Source of the DNA: Torpedo marmorata
Lineage: Eukaryota
Direction: 5' to 3'
Length of the DNA: 64,000 bases
Assembly (NCBI GenBank): GCA_977017645.1
Contig: OZ360239.1
Span: 22,444,001 to 22,508,000 of the forward strand
A program made the position numbers and the translations under genes. A model generated the notes under the pieces. The model made no database searches. It was not told the DNA's origin and worked only from the letters and a program-made list of their open reading frames with translations. Below, piece by piece: positions 13,834 through 25,706 of the stretch (its first letter is position 1; the number at the start of each line of letters is the position of its first letter).

Positions 13834-14817
13834 GACAAAATATGACAATGACATACTTCTTTGAAGTATAATGTGTTAGAATTGCAACAAACTCAACAAA
13901 CACAAGTATTTACATTCGATAGAAGACATTACAGACACATCTTTCACTTTAGTGTCGCAATAAACACATATTAACAAGCTCAGTGCTTTGTTGACCCACA
14001 GCCGCCCAGAGATCGCCAATGACTTTTACTCCTCGTCCTTTTGAGGCAAGCTTGCAAGCAAGTTCAGCCAAACCGTGTCACCCCACGGGAATTCTGTTTT
14101 CGCTTCAGACTGATGTACAAAGAAAACTGCGGAATTCTCTTTTAATTAAAAAAAACTTTCCTTGTTTTAAATAACGGACCGAAATTGTGGTCAAAATGTT
14201 TTTGTTGATCCAAAGATGTCTAACTTTCTTTATTGGTTTAGTGAACATTAAAAACGCAGCACTTCTACCTTAAAGCTGTATCACAATCACGTCGACGCCA
14301 GAAGGTATAATTACTTAACAGTTTTTTTTAAAACAGCAATTTTTTTTCTGTAAAAAGCACACAGCTGACAGAACCTCTCAAAGCAAATAAGAAAAAAAAA
14401 TAAAAATAAGTCCAGCATTTTTTGTATTTATAATAATCCATCTTTTTCATGAGCGGCTCACATGCAATTCAGGTTTGTGAAATAGGTGTGGATTTTAGAT
14501 TTTTTTTCCATTCATTTCTTTATAATTTGAATTCGGAAGTGCAAAAAGTCCGGAATTGGATTAGAAGTATGCGTAAAAGCGAACTGCCTTACAGTAATAT
14601 GAAGTCCTCTTGTCAATCATCTTGGCCGGAGTTGATTGATTGCTGCCTCTGGACAGCTTATGGTGCGCGCAGTGCCACCTCTTGGACCTCTTCTTACCAC
14701 AGCTGCCTCGTCACAGGAATTGTATTTTGGATGAAGTGTTTTTATTTCCCCTTTTCTACATCAGCAACTCTGCTGTTCTGAAAGTAACACTATGGTTTGA
14801 CATTGATATTTTCAGTT

Positions 14818-15045
<228 letters not shown>

Positions 15046-15751
15046 TTAATTTTCGCAGTGCATTAATCTTGTGTGGATTTGCTTATAGTTTTTCTTGGCG
15101 TTCATTGGTTAAACAAAAATTCTCTGTTGAAACAATAGGACCAAGTATATCTTTCATTATTACATATTTGTTTGGAACTTCATAGGGCCGTTTGGTGAGA
15201 GATGTTTCTCATTTAAAATATTAATTGATTTAATGAGCATTCATGGTGCGTAATACATAGATGCTAAATCCTAAAATTAAACTTGAATGAAAACTATATT
15301 TTCAGGAAGTGTACTAAAACAGTAACTTCCATATTATTCTGTATGGCTTTCCACTGTAATCATTAGCTCGGTGAACATCGGAGGAAAATATTTAAATCGT
15401 GTTTATTTGATAAAATGAAATAACGGCTAAAAAACACCATCCTCCAATTCGCCCTGTGAACTTATTCTGCTGACCACCCCACCCTTGCTTTTGTTACCTC
15501 CACCCCACCCCCACTGCATTAATGCTTTTTTAACAGCAATGGAAATTTCGGACAAATACCTTCTAGCTTTTTTTTTGCAATCTCGCCTAACATCGTGTAT
15601 GGCGCAAGCTGACTGCAAATTGCCTGATAAAAATAAATCAAAATAATTCTCATTCTAGTTTCAGTCTTCTGAAGCGAGTGTCTCAACTCTAAGACTGCGG
15701 CATCATAAAGTTGCACACACGGAGTGAAAAGTGCATTCCGCAGTCAACTAT

Positions 15752-15927
15752 NNNNNNNNNNNNNNNNNNNNNNNNNNNNNNNNNNNNNNNNNNNNNNNNN
15801 NNNNNNNNNNNNNNNNNNNNNNNNNNNNNNNNNNNNNNNNNNNNNNNNNNNNNNNNNNNNNNNNNNNNNNNNNNNNNNNNNNNNNNNNNNNNNNNNNNNN
15901 NNNNNNNNNNNNNNNNNNNNNNNNNNN
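15752..15927. other. Assembly gap in EMX2 intron 2
   Basis: Run of N. Confidence 1.
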
Positions 15928-16230
15928 TTTCGCTTTGAAACGGGTTGTGCACAGCTATCATGTTAAAATCTGAAATGTTCCCATATTTACATTCTAGAAA
16001 TTCTATGCATCTATGCATTTCCCACTAACGGCGATGGCCTGTGTGCTAAAAATTTGGGAAAGGAATGATACCAATTGTGTATTGTCTTTGCATGTGCACA
16101 GGTGATTAAATTACTTTTTGTTTTTTTAACTTAAAATCAAAATACCTGTACCAGGTTGATGAGGAAATTGGTCCACCGGCATATAAACGCATACAAACGT
16201 ACACGATTAGTCACCGCATGAAAATAACCT

Positions 16231-16482
16231 NNNNNNNNNNNNNNNNNNNNNNNNNNNNNNNNNNNNNNNNNNNNNNNNNNNNNNNNNNNNNNNNNNNNNN
16301 NNNNNNNNNNNNNNNNNNNNNNNNNNNNNNNNNNNNNNNNNNNNNNNNNNNNNNNNNNNNNNNNNNNNNNNNNNNNNNNNNNNNNNNNNNNNNNNNNNNN
16401 NNNNNNNNNNNNNNNNNNNNNNNNNNNNNNNNNNNNNNNNNNNNNNNNNNNNNNNNNNNNNNNNNNNNNNNNNNNNNNNNNN
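16231..16482. other. Assembly gap in EMX2 intron 2, next to a TC-rich microsatellite
   Basis: Run of N followed by TCTCTG-type repeats to about 16527. Confidence 1.
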
Positions 16483-17504
16483 TGTCACTCTCTGTCTCAC
16501 TCTGTCTCTCTCTGTCTCTCTCTGTCTTCCCTAATTGAGGGGGAGGCTGTTGGTCTCCAAAGGGATCTCGCTTGTTCAGGCCAAGACCGCCACCCAGACA
16601 AAAGCCCCCAACCAGCATCAATTCGCAATCACACAAAGCCACCTTAAAGAACACATTAAATAGGAAATTAAGCCTGACCGCTCCCTTGTTCGACAGGCAA
16701 ATGGAGAAGGCAACCCATTTGTTCCTGCTCAATGTTTTGCCCGAGACGATTTTGAAGAGCACAAAGCTTTGTAAAATGAAGCTTGTCCACAGACATTTTA
16801 CAGAGCGTGAGCCGCGTTCATACTATTTCCTGCACAAATCTCTTCCACCATTTTTTGTACCTGCGCACACTCCACTTTTCAATTGTCATTAAGATTTCGC
16901 GACTGCAAAGAGCTTGCTGACAGAAATGATCTGATGCAAATATTCAACGGGACGTGAAATGTCAGATGTCATCAGTACTTCTCAGTGACTCCTTTTCCTA
17001 AGTGGCAGCACTGAGGATCCCAAACATCATTCATATCTAACAAAACCCAAAGGCCTAAACAAACGCTCTTAATATTCTCGACTACAATCAGTAACCGCGC
17101 TGAGCTCGACAAGGTTCAATTCTAAACTGTCACCTATTGGTACCAAATGTTAATTATATCCGAACAACGTCGTGCAAAATTGTACAATTTCCCCGATTTT
17201 TTCGATATTTTATTGATCATTTTAGGGATATTCAAAATTAGCACGGAATAGCGTCTGGAATTTTCCAGGATCTTTCCTGTATAAACATACTTGACCAGAA
17301 CGCCCTTCTCAGTATTTTTTTTAAAAAAAACTCCATCCACCTTTAAAGCAACCCGTTAAAAATATATCAAAAATGCATTGAGGCGTAATACATTTAAAAC
17401 GATTGCTATTATGTGTTCAACACCGGGATTTGTTTCCTTCTTTCCACGGAAGTTCACAGGCCGAGTTATTTTGTGATGGAAAAAAAGCGTCCAGTCAACA
17501 ATTA

Positions 17505-17759
<255 letters not shown>

Positions 17760-18342
17760 TCAACAAAAAGAGCTCAGGTCTGTCTTGTAATGTCACCAAA
17801 CCGTGTCGCTGAATGACAAACTTGAAAAACATATTCCGTTGCCAGATACCAATTTGTCCGCGAAGTCGGTTGCATTCAACGAAACAGCAACGTAAACTTT
17901 GAGGCATGGGGTTATAGCCGCTTCCTCTCCAATATCTTGGTATTGCAGTTAATGTCGAGTTAATTTATTCAATTCGTTTAATATAATATCCTTCAAATGA
18001 ACATAATATCTGAAATAAATAGATCGAGCGAACACTATGCACCACTGTCTGTCAACCTGAACGAATATCGACAGTCCAAAATACTAAATATATTTATCAC
18101 AGTACACGCGCCCAGTTCATTGACGACAAACACGCACAAAAAACACTTTAACTGCTCCATGAAGGGTATAAACAACTGGTTTAAAATAATTATTTCACTC
18201 TCAAAATCATTTATTTGATTTGAGAACTTTCAACCTGAAAAGGGTAATGGAATAACTCTTTTAAACCACACGGCTTAATTCCATTTAATAGAAGAACTGA
18301 TTTTTTAAAAATTTAATTTACTCGGATAAACGGTCACATACA

Positions 18343-18363
18343 GAGAGAGAGAGAGAGAGAGAG
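18343..18363. repeat. (GA)n microsatellite in EMX2 intron 1
   Basis: Read directly. Confidence 0.95.
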
Positions 18364-18921
18364 GTGGCGAGACTGCCCGAGTTATTGAAATTCACATATG
18401 TTCCACGACGGAAGCACCGTCTACGCATCACCGTCGGTTCTCGGCCCCTCAGAACGAAATGAAAATCGCCTGCGAGTGTGTTTCTGGAGACACACGAATG
18501 CGTTACAGCAGAGTGCGTGTGTTGCTGGGATTGTCGGCCATGGTTAACTTTAGTAATCCGTGCAAAAGCCAACAATTCCAGTCCCTACCTATGAGCCCAT
18601 TCCTGTTGACCGTTTCGCCATTTGCCACGCAAGGCCTCTGAATCTTCGGGTTTACAAACAACGTCTCTCCCTCCCCGCAACTTCCACAACTCTCAAAGCA
18701 AGGCAACTCTCCGGAAAAGCTCTGGGAATAAGGGCTCGGCTGCAAATTCCTGCATCAAACTTTCGGTCTCCTTCAGTAGTTCACAAGTTAAAGTGCTGCG
18801 ATAAGGAGACGCTGTAAATATAGATCTGTCAGGCGGAACGAAGGGGAACGGGAAATTGTCTGCAATGCATCGCAGATAGGAGAGAGAGAAAAAAAAATCA
18901 GTGTATTAAAATTGGACGTAC

Positions 18922-19309
18922 CTTGAAACCTGTGTCCCAGATATCTGTACCTGTGTATTAGCCATGGATAGAAACTCGACGGGTCTCTTTGTTGCGATGC
19001 GAATAAGGGATGTGGAGAATGGGACGACTGCAGAGGGTGCGCTGCTAAAGCATGTGGAGGGACTGGGTGAACCGGTACTGCCGTGTTGGTTTGGTGAGAC
19101 ACCGCGTCAGCGAACACCAGCTCCGGGTTGGAGTAGATTGCCCTGCCGCTGGTGTGAAAGCCGTTCAGGAATGGATTCACGGGGCTAGAGTTCGCGTAGC
19201 TGAGGGCGGCTGGCCTTATAGGTTCCTCTGATCTCGAAGCAGGCAGTGGACTATCCTTGGCTACAAGAGATTCAATGGTAAAACACCGTTTCGGAGTTGG
19301 TTGGAACAT
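18922..19309 (-). CDS. EMX2: EMX2 homeobox protein, coding exon 1
   Basis: ATG at 19309. Translates [38 protein letters not shown]...[19 protein letters not shown](G), with an eh1-like FTIESLV and a YPWL motif. Donor CAAG|GTACGT after 18922. Length 388 nt, phase 1. Confidence 0.98.
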
Positions 19310-19489
19310 GGTTTTGCAAGTCAGTCTATCCTCAGTGCAAGAGAGGGAGAAAAAATGGGCGTTTTTGCGGTACTCCCCCCCCAAAATAAAAGTATTACTG
19401 CTGAGATTGAGGAAAAGTACATTAAAAGTTGGTCCGCGAAACACTTTTAAAAGCGATGTGGCTACATAGTCCAGGGACAATCCATCTAT

Positions 19490-19680
19490 GCGGTCACTTT
19501 ATCACACGGCTGGGAAGTTGTGCAAACGACTTGTTAGTTCATGAGCTAATTAGTGCTGATATCACATAAACAGCTTCCACTGAAGCCCTGTAATGGCTTG
19601 ATGATTGGTCGCTATTACTCGCCTTGAGGTTGAGGGGAGACTCTTAAAGTGCGTGAATTGCTCTTTAAACCCGGAGAAGC
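19490..19680 (-). promoter_or_regulatory. EMX2 proximal promoter / 5' UTR regulatory region
   Basis: Lies just upstream of the ATG. CCAAT on the minus strand at 19604-19608, palindromic homeodomain site CTAATTAG at 19546-19553, CpG-rich. The TSS cannot be determined from sequence. Confidence 0.55.
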
Positions 19681-21188
19681 GGATTCCGTCCGTACGGAAT
19701 GGAGCAAAGCACCAGGCGATCAAACCTCGCCAGCCAGTCAAGGTTCCGTCGTCCAGGAAGGAATAAGTGGTTCGCCGGCATCTGCAGCGAAACCCGAACT
19801 GGAATTGCCAAGGGTTCTTGCAAATAAACACTTCTTGCAAAGGCAGGAACGAAATATTTGCGGGAGCGATTTTGCAAGCGTGGATTTTAAATCTGCTCCT
19901 TGAATTTTCTCCAACTCACGTCGCCACGTTCTTTAAGTTAGCTCCGCATCGCACAATATATAACAGTATCGCAGGATTAGAGGGGTGTTTAGAAATGATT
20001 CCTAAAACAACTAAATCGCCATCGAACGAAAAGCGTTTAGTCTCCCTTAGTGTCGGGTCATTCCTTGGTTTAGTTGCTGCCTCGCGTCCAGAGACCTTGT
20101 TCGGACTGAATCCCTATATTTCTATTGGTCAGGTAGGGGAATTATGCTATTAGATAATTATATCGACTCTGCTTTGCCTGTGTGGTTTCTGGGTACTTTA
20201 CTGCCCACTCTCTCTTATTTCTGTGTATCACTCTCGAACATTCAAGAGAATCCTGTAAACAGGTACTTGCCATATTCATTTAGGATGAAAGATTACAGGG
20301 GGGAATCATCTTGCTAATCGACGATATTTGTTCATTCCACTGTATTTGAGAAGATTGACTTCATGGGAGACGTTCCGCCCCTGGTCAGCTGGCAAATGCT
20401 TTTGAGGAAATCGGAATTTCAATATCAGTTCTTATCAGATGTCATCGGAAATATTGAATATTAGATTTTGCCCGTGCATACATTGTAATGCGAATCGCTA
20501 ATCACTTCTGCCGAGTGTACACTGTGCGGTTTTGTACGACGGCAGTTGCCGATTTAAAGTGGCAAAGTACTTTTCACTGTATCCCATTGTCGCACGGTTG
20601 AGTTAATGCTCGCTCGATTCATGGAACTGCAACAATTAAACCCCTAATGTGTTAGATATCGCGGTGTTTTATTCAGATGTGTTATTAACGCGGCGAGCGT
20701 GACGTCAATAAGATTATTTCCATATTACCAATGCTCGATACCACAATACTGGCTCCATGCAAAGTGGAGAATGGGGCCCTTTAGAAATGTCTGGTGTATT
20801 ATAACCATATTTCTTCCTGGAGAATTTTAAACCTTTATTGAAGTTGATTGTTAATAAATATAAATAAATAATTCAATATTCTACGTTTTTATTCACCTGA
20901 ATGCTGAACAAGTGTAAGAATCACTGCAGGCAGCTACTGTAAGATGCTTTAAATCTTACCTGTGGTCAAAATATTCAATGTATTTGCATGGGCCTTTTTT
21001 AACATTGTTACAATGGAATTCATTGTGAAGTGGCTGAACATAATTTGAGCCAGCAATTCGGTTAATTTTATCTCGGTCAGAAAATATTTGCCTCATCTTA
21101 GGTTCAGACCTTCAGTTATTACTTAATCTTTAGTACGAATGACCGGATCGTCATATCAAAGACCGTTCTGGCCTATGGTGGGGTTCGG

Positions 21189-21283
21189 TTTGGACGACGG
21201 AAACTTCACTGTGGGATTAGATTGGGTTTATAAAACCCACTCGATTCCAATCTAATCCCACAGTGAAGTTTCCGTCGTCCAAA
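21189..21283. repeat. Perfect 37-bp inverted repeat with 21-nt spacer
   Basis: TTTGGACGACGGAAACTTCACTGTGGGATTAGATTGG (21189-21225) and its exact reverse complement (21247-21283). Confidence 0.98.
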
Positions 21284-24200
21284 TAAACAGCCGCAGTTTT
21301 ATAGTTTGGTTTGTTTTGAGCGCTGGGGAATTATGTTTTATTTCATCCCAAACAAAATGTCTAATATGAGCTACAGTAGATTTCTTTGAATTATTCATAA
21401 ATTCTGCTTGACCTCAGCCGTGGTTAGAATTGAAGTACTGTACAGGACTGAAATCATGAAACTAAGTTGCCACCTAATTACTGCATGTGTAATATGTTCA
21501 GAAGTTAATATATATGGGGTTAGACGTACACTTAAAACAATGCAAAGGCTGTTCTCGTTATTACATTGGAAATTATTATAAGCTATTTGTGTTAATACCC
21601 CTCTAAATATCAACCAGCCAATGTCACACTTGAGTTTACATTTATGTACCGAGATCAAAAATAAATGTGAAAACACTTCAAATCCAAAGGGAAACATGGT
21701 CTGCATTACTTTAATGCATTTTACAAGCACATTCTGAAGTAATAAATAATAACAATTCGATTTCGGTTATTAACAGCCAACAATTTTATCCTTAATAGTC
21801 ACACAGTTAAACGGTCTGCACTTGTATTTATTAATTTTGCCCTTTCTACGGGAAAGATAATTTTAATGTATTCAAACGACTATACCCTAGCTAAACTACG
21901 TATAAGCGTAGTGCTAATCATTTTCATAAATAATCCAATTCAAGTTTATCACATAATTACATCAGAAAACCTGTAACGGAACTTCCTGTGAAATCAAGTG
22001 ATGACTTTACATGCGTTTAATAGGACAAGAAAATTAATTAACATTTTCAACTCTCAGAAACAATCGGATTGTAATTATAATTTTCTAACAGTTTAAAAAC
22101 AAGCATAAACATAAACCACTTCCTTTTTGTAAATTCTGAACTGCTATAGGCAAATAAAAATGATTAAGATCAAGGAAACTGCAGTTCCTTATGGTGTGAA
22201 GATTTGCTTGTTTCTAACTTTATGTTGGCTAGGTTGTGTATTTTGGTCTGAGTTTAAAATTATTTTCAATCTATTACCAACTTAAACTCAATCGATTAAA
22301 GTTTATGGAGCAGAGTTTGTGACGTATTTGGGAGAATTGAAAATATATAGATTTTGTCAATATATGTATGCATTTCTTTTTGTTGCTTCAGCGTGTCAAA
22401 AATATGATCTATATTTGAATTGTATATGAATATTAAAATATCATTATCGGTTTGTAGAGTTGTGCATGTAATTTTAATGGCTCCAAAAAGTATGAATAGA
22501 ATTCATAATGCAGACACCCAGAAACGTACGAAGAGCCTATTAAATGTCAGATAAAATGTCCTGCATTATTATGAATTAAACACTACCAAATGGCCAAAAA
22601 AACTATGATTACTTATTCTCTTGCAATCCATTCCCCCTCTTTTCCCTCCTCCCTCTACCCCGGGGGAACTTCTCCCCACCCAAGTTCTCTGCTGCGTTTT
22701 GAGTTGTTGATTAAATTCTATTTATGGTTTAGGTAAACCAGACCGAGTATTTATGGACATGATACACTAACCGCGCCATTCTCTACGCTCTATCAAGTCT
22801 CTCTGGTGCTTGCACTTACGGGGGTGAAGAGCCTTTTCTGAGCAGCCCGTTTTTAAACAGTAGTTTTCTAAAGTTACCCAAAGCGATTGTGCAACCTCCA
22901 TAGTTATGTGGAGATATTAACGGCATTCTTCAGAAATAATGGTCAGGGAATTCAGTTTAATGGGTATTCATAGTGACCTCAGTCAAGAATTAGATTGTTG
23001 TTCTCATAAATCACTAATGCAGCTTTATATGAAGCGCTGGTAGTATATGTTCTTAATTCTTTCAAATTGCCATCAACCTGGAACTACTGAAAAAGTAATC
23101 GTTTAGTAAATCAATCTTGTTTTCACCATTAAAAAAAAAGAAATTTTCTGAACTTTACTTAAGAAAGATTGAAATTGTACTTGTTCCAATTTATCTTATT
23201 TTCTCGAATGACTGTCGACTTTTACCATCAAGCCCATTTTTTGTAAAATAAAAAAGTTATAAAAACATGTTAGATTTAACGGTCCACAAATTAGTGGCGT
23301 TGGGGTACAATTAAATGCTTATATGTACCACTTAATTAAGTATATGGGCACTGAATAATGACAAATGGGTTGTAGTGTTTAGTGAAGAACGTTTTAGCTG
23401 TCGATGTCCAGCACATGTTTAATTCATGCAACCAACCCATAACCATGTTAAAATGTAGCATGTGCTGTGTTTTATGGGTTTGTTGTGTGACCCTGAATAA
23501 AATTGGAGCTTGAATCAAAGTAGGAGTGCCGTGAACGTGCGCAATCCAGACCGCATCTAGTGTTGATCTCTTAGACTCTTCAAGATGTCAGTTCATTAAC
23601 TAAATCATTTATATATTTTGTACTATTTCAAGTCAGCTTGTTGAATTATTCCCAATTAAATATTCATATACAAACTGGAAATATTTATAATTATAGCACA
23701 ATCTTTTTTCGCCCAATTAAAATATTACTCGTTGAAGTCAGGTCTGTGACCCATGTGCACGCGCGCGGGCTCACAGATACACAAACACACATACAAAATG
23801 ATGATTAGGGAATTCTATGCTTTTTATGCATATGGATATCTCGCCAGCTGCTCGATTGTCACCTAATTTGTCCGCTGCAAGATAAAGAGAGTATTAAATC
23901 AAACACATTTTGTAAAAAATATATTATTTCAGTCATAAGCATAAAGTACAAAATTCATAAGGTGCACAGGTTTAACTCCCACTAGGTTGGGCACATGATT
24001 TTAAATCGGTAGAATCCTATTGATGGCACTTAAGTGGCCATTTGAATGATTTTGCAGCCTTTTGATCGAACTGGTAAAAAAAACCGAATTTATTCTGATA
24101 ATCCCTAAGCACCATGGGGCTATTTTGAAATGTTTTTTTAAAAAAAAATGAGGGTACCACAAATCCTCAACGTTTACGTCCCAAAACTGCAGATTAGTAT

Positions 24201-24469
24201 TGTCATCGACTGGATATTTTAAATTTAAATTTGTGATTAAAAATAAAGTCAAGAAACAGCGAAAGGAGCTGCTTTGAACCCCTATTTTTGATGATAGTGG
24301 AAGTGCTAATTCAAATAAATGAAATCTATCGTATCAGTGTGTGAGCGTGGTTGTAGTGTCAATAAAATATACGTGCTTGTTTCTATCGCGCTACTTTTTA
24401 TTTGCTTGTGGAAGAAATGAGTTGGCGGCGTGGGGGAAAAAAAACGAGTTTAGTTCAAAGAAGCCTAAC

Positions 24470-24810
24470 AGAACCACAGACAATTGATAGTATAGATCGA
24501 AGCCATCCAGCTCAGCATCCCCGTGCCGGTCGAAAGAGAGCTACCCAACCTAATCCCAGTTTCCAGAACCCTGCGGGTCACACAGCTCCTTAAAATGCAT
24601 TTTAAATATTATGAGTGTTTCAGCCATTCAACCAGCGAGCTTCAGAACCCTAATATCCTCTGGGTGGAAAATAAATTCCTCATATCCCCTTTAATCCTTC
24701 TGCCAATTACTCTGAATCCTTGCCCTTTGATTGTTGACCAAGTGCTGTGTAAAATGGGTTCCTTCCATTTATTTTATGCAGGCCCCTGATAATATTATGC
24801 ACCTCGGTCC
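24470..24810 (-). mobile_element. Old, degenerate CR1 3' fragment
   Basis: Begins with an ACAGAACCACAGA tail. ACCCTCTGGGTGGAAAATAAATTCCTC and CCTTGCCCTTTG resemble the antisense of the CR1 3' end. Confidence 0.6.
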
Positions 24811-24816
24811 AATTTC

Positions 24817-24930
24817 TGGAGACGTCGACCAACCATTTGCCTCTGCAGATGCTGCTTGACGACCCAGTCCTTCCAGCTCTTTATTTTTCTTTGCTCCAGA
24901 TTCCAGCATCTGCAGCCTTTTGTGTCTCAA
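24817..24930 (+). mobile_element. Penelope-like 3' tail remnant
   Basis: GAGACGTCGAC...GATGCTGCTTGAC...TCCAGC...CCAGATTCCAGCATCTGCAG. Confidence 0.6.
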
Positions 24931-25692
24931 TCCAACATCCCTTCAGCTCCCTCTTTTCCACAGTTAAAGCTTTTCAATCACGGCAATGGGCACGTAAATC
25001 TCCGCGTCGCCTTCTTCACTGCAATCAGATCTTTCCTGTACGCAGTTCTTATGCTATGGTCTATTATTGTTTACAACTCAAGTATTAACCCCTTGCTCTT
25101 TATACTGTATACTAAGACTAGGCTCATAAAGAATACCACATACCCTTTAAACAATCTTATCGCCTGACGTGCTACTTTTAAGGATCCATGGACAAATACT
25201 CCAAGGTGTTTATATTCCACCACTCCTCCTTGGCAGAAAAAGATTCACACGCAATCGTTTAAACAACGCTGAAACGCGAGGAATGATCCTGATAGCTAAA
25301 TTATGCAGAAAGGTCATTTTCATACAATGGGAATTTACTTCTTAAAATAATTATTCGTAGTGAATGTTGTGCATGAAACTGTTCGCATTACAGATCATCG
25401 TCTATTCTGCATGTATCGTTTAAGCGTTACGTGATGTTGGAGAGGAAATGAACGATTTTATCTATTTATTTGAAGCATGAAGGTGTTAATGTGGCAAGGA
25501 AATAGCTTTATTAATTATTATTGTCGAAGCGAAATATAATTTCCAATCACATTCTAATCATTATGCCCATTGTGAATGTGTTCCCGTTAAAGTGTGTAGA
25601 TGTAACGTGTTTTTCAGTCTTAAGTTTAGATAACTGAAGGGGTTTTATAACTACTATGTTGTCTGGCTTCTCTGCCAATGTATTTGTGCAGA

Positions 25693-25706
25693 CTGCCACC
25701 TACTGG
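25693..25706 (-). promoter_or_regulatory. Candidate CTCF site
   Basis: The minus strand reads CCAGTAGGTGGCAG, a full match to the CTCF core consensus CCASYAGRKGGCRS. Confidence 0.6.

Noticed and set aside
18788-19480. 230-aa ORF as a single-exon protein
   Set aside because: It starts at TTG and runs past the exon 1 donor into the intron. The real CDS portion is 19309-18922.
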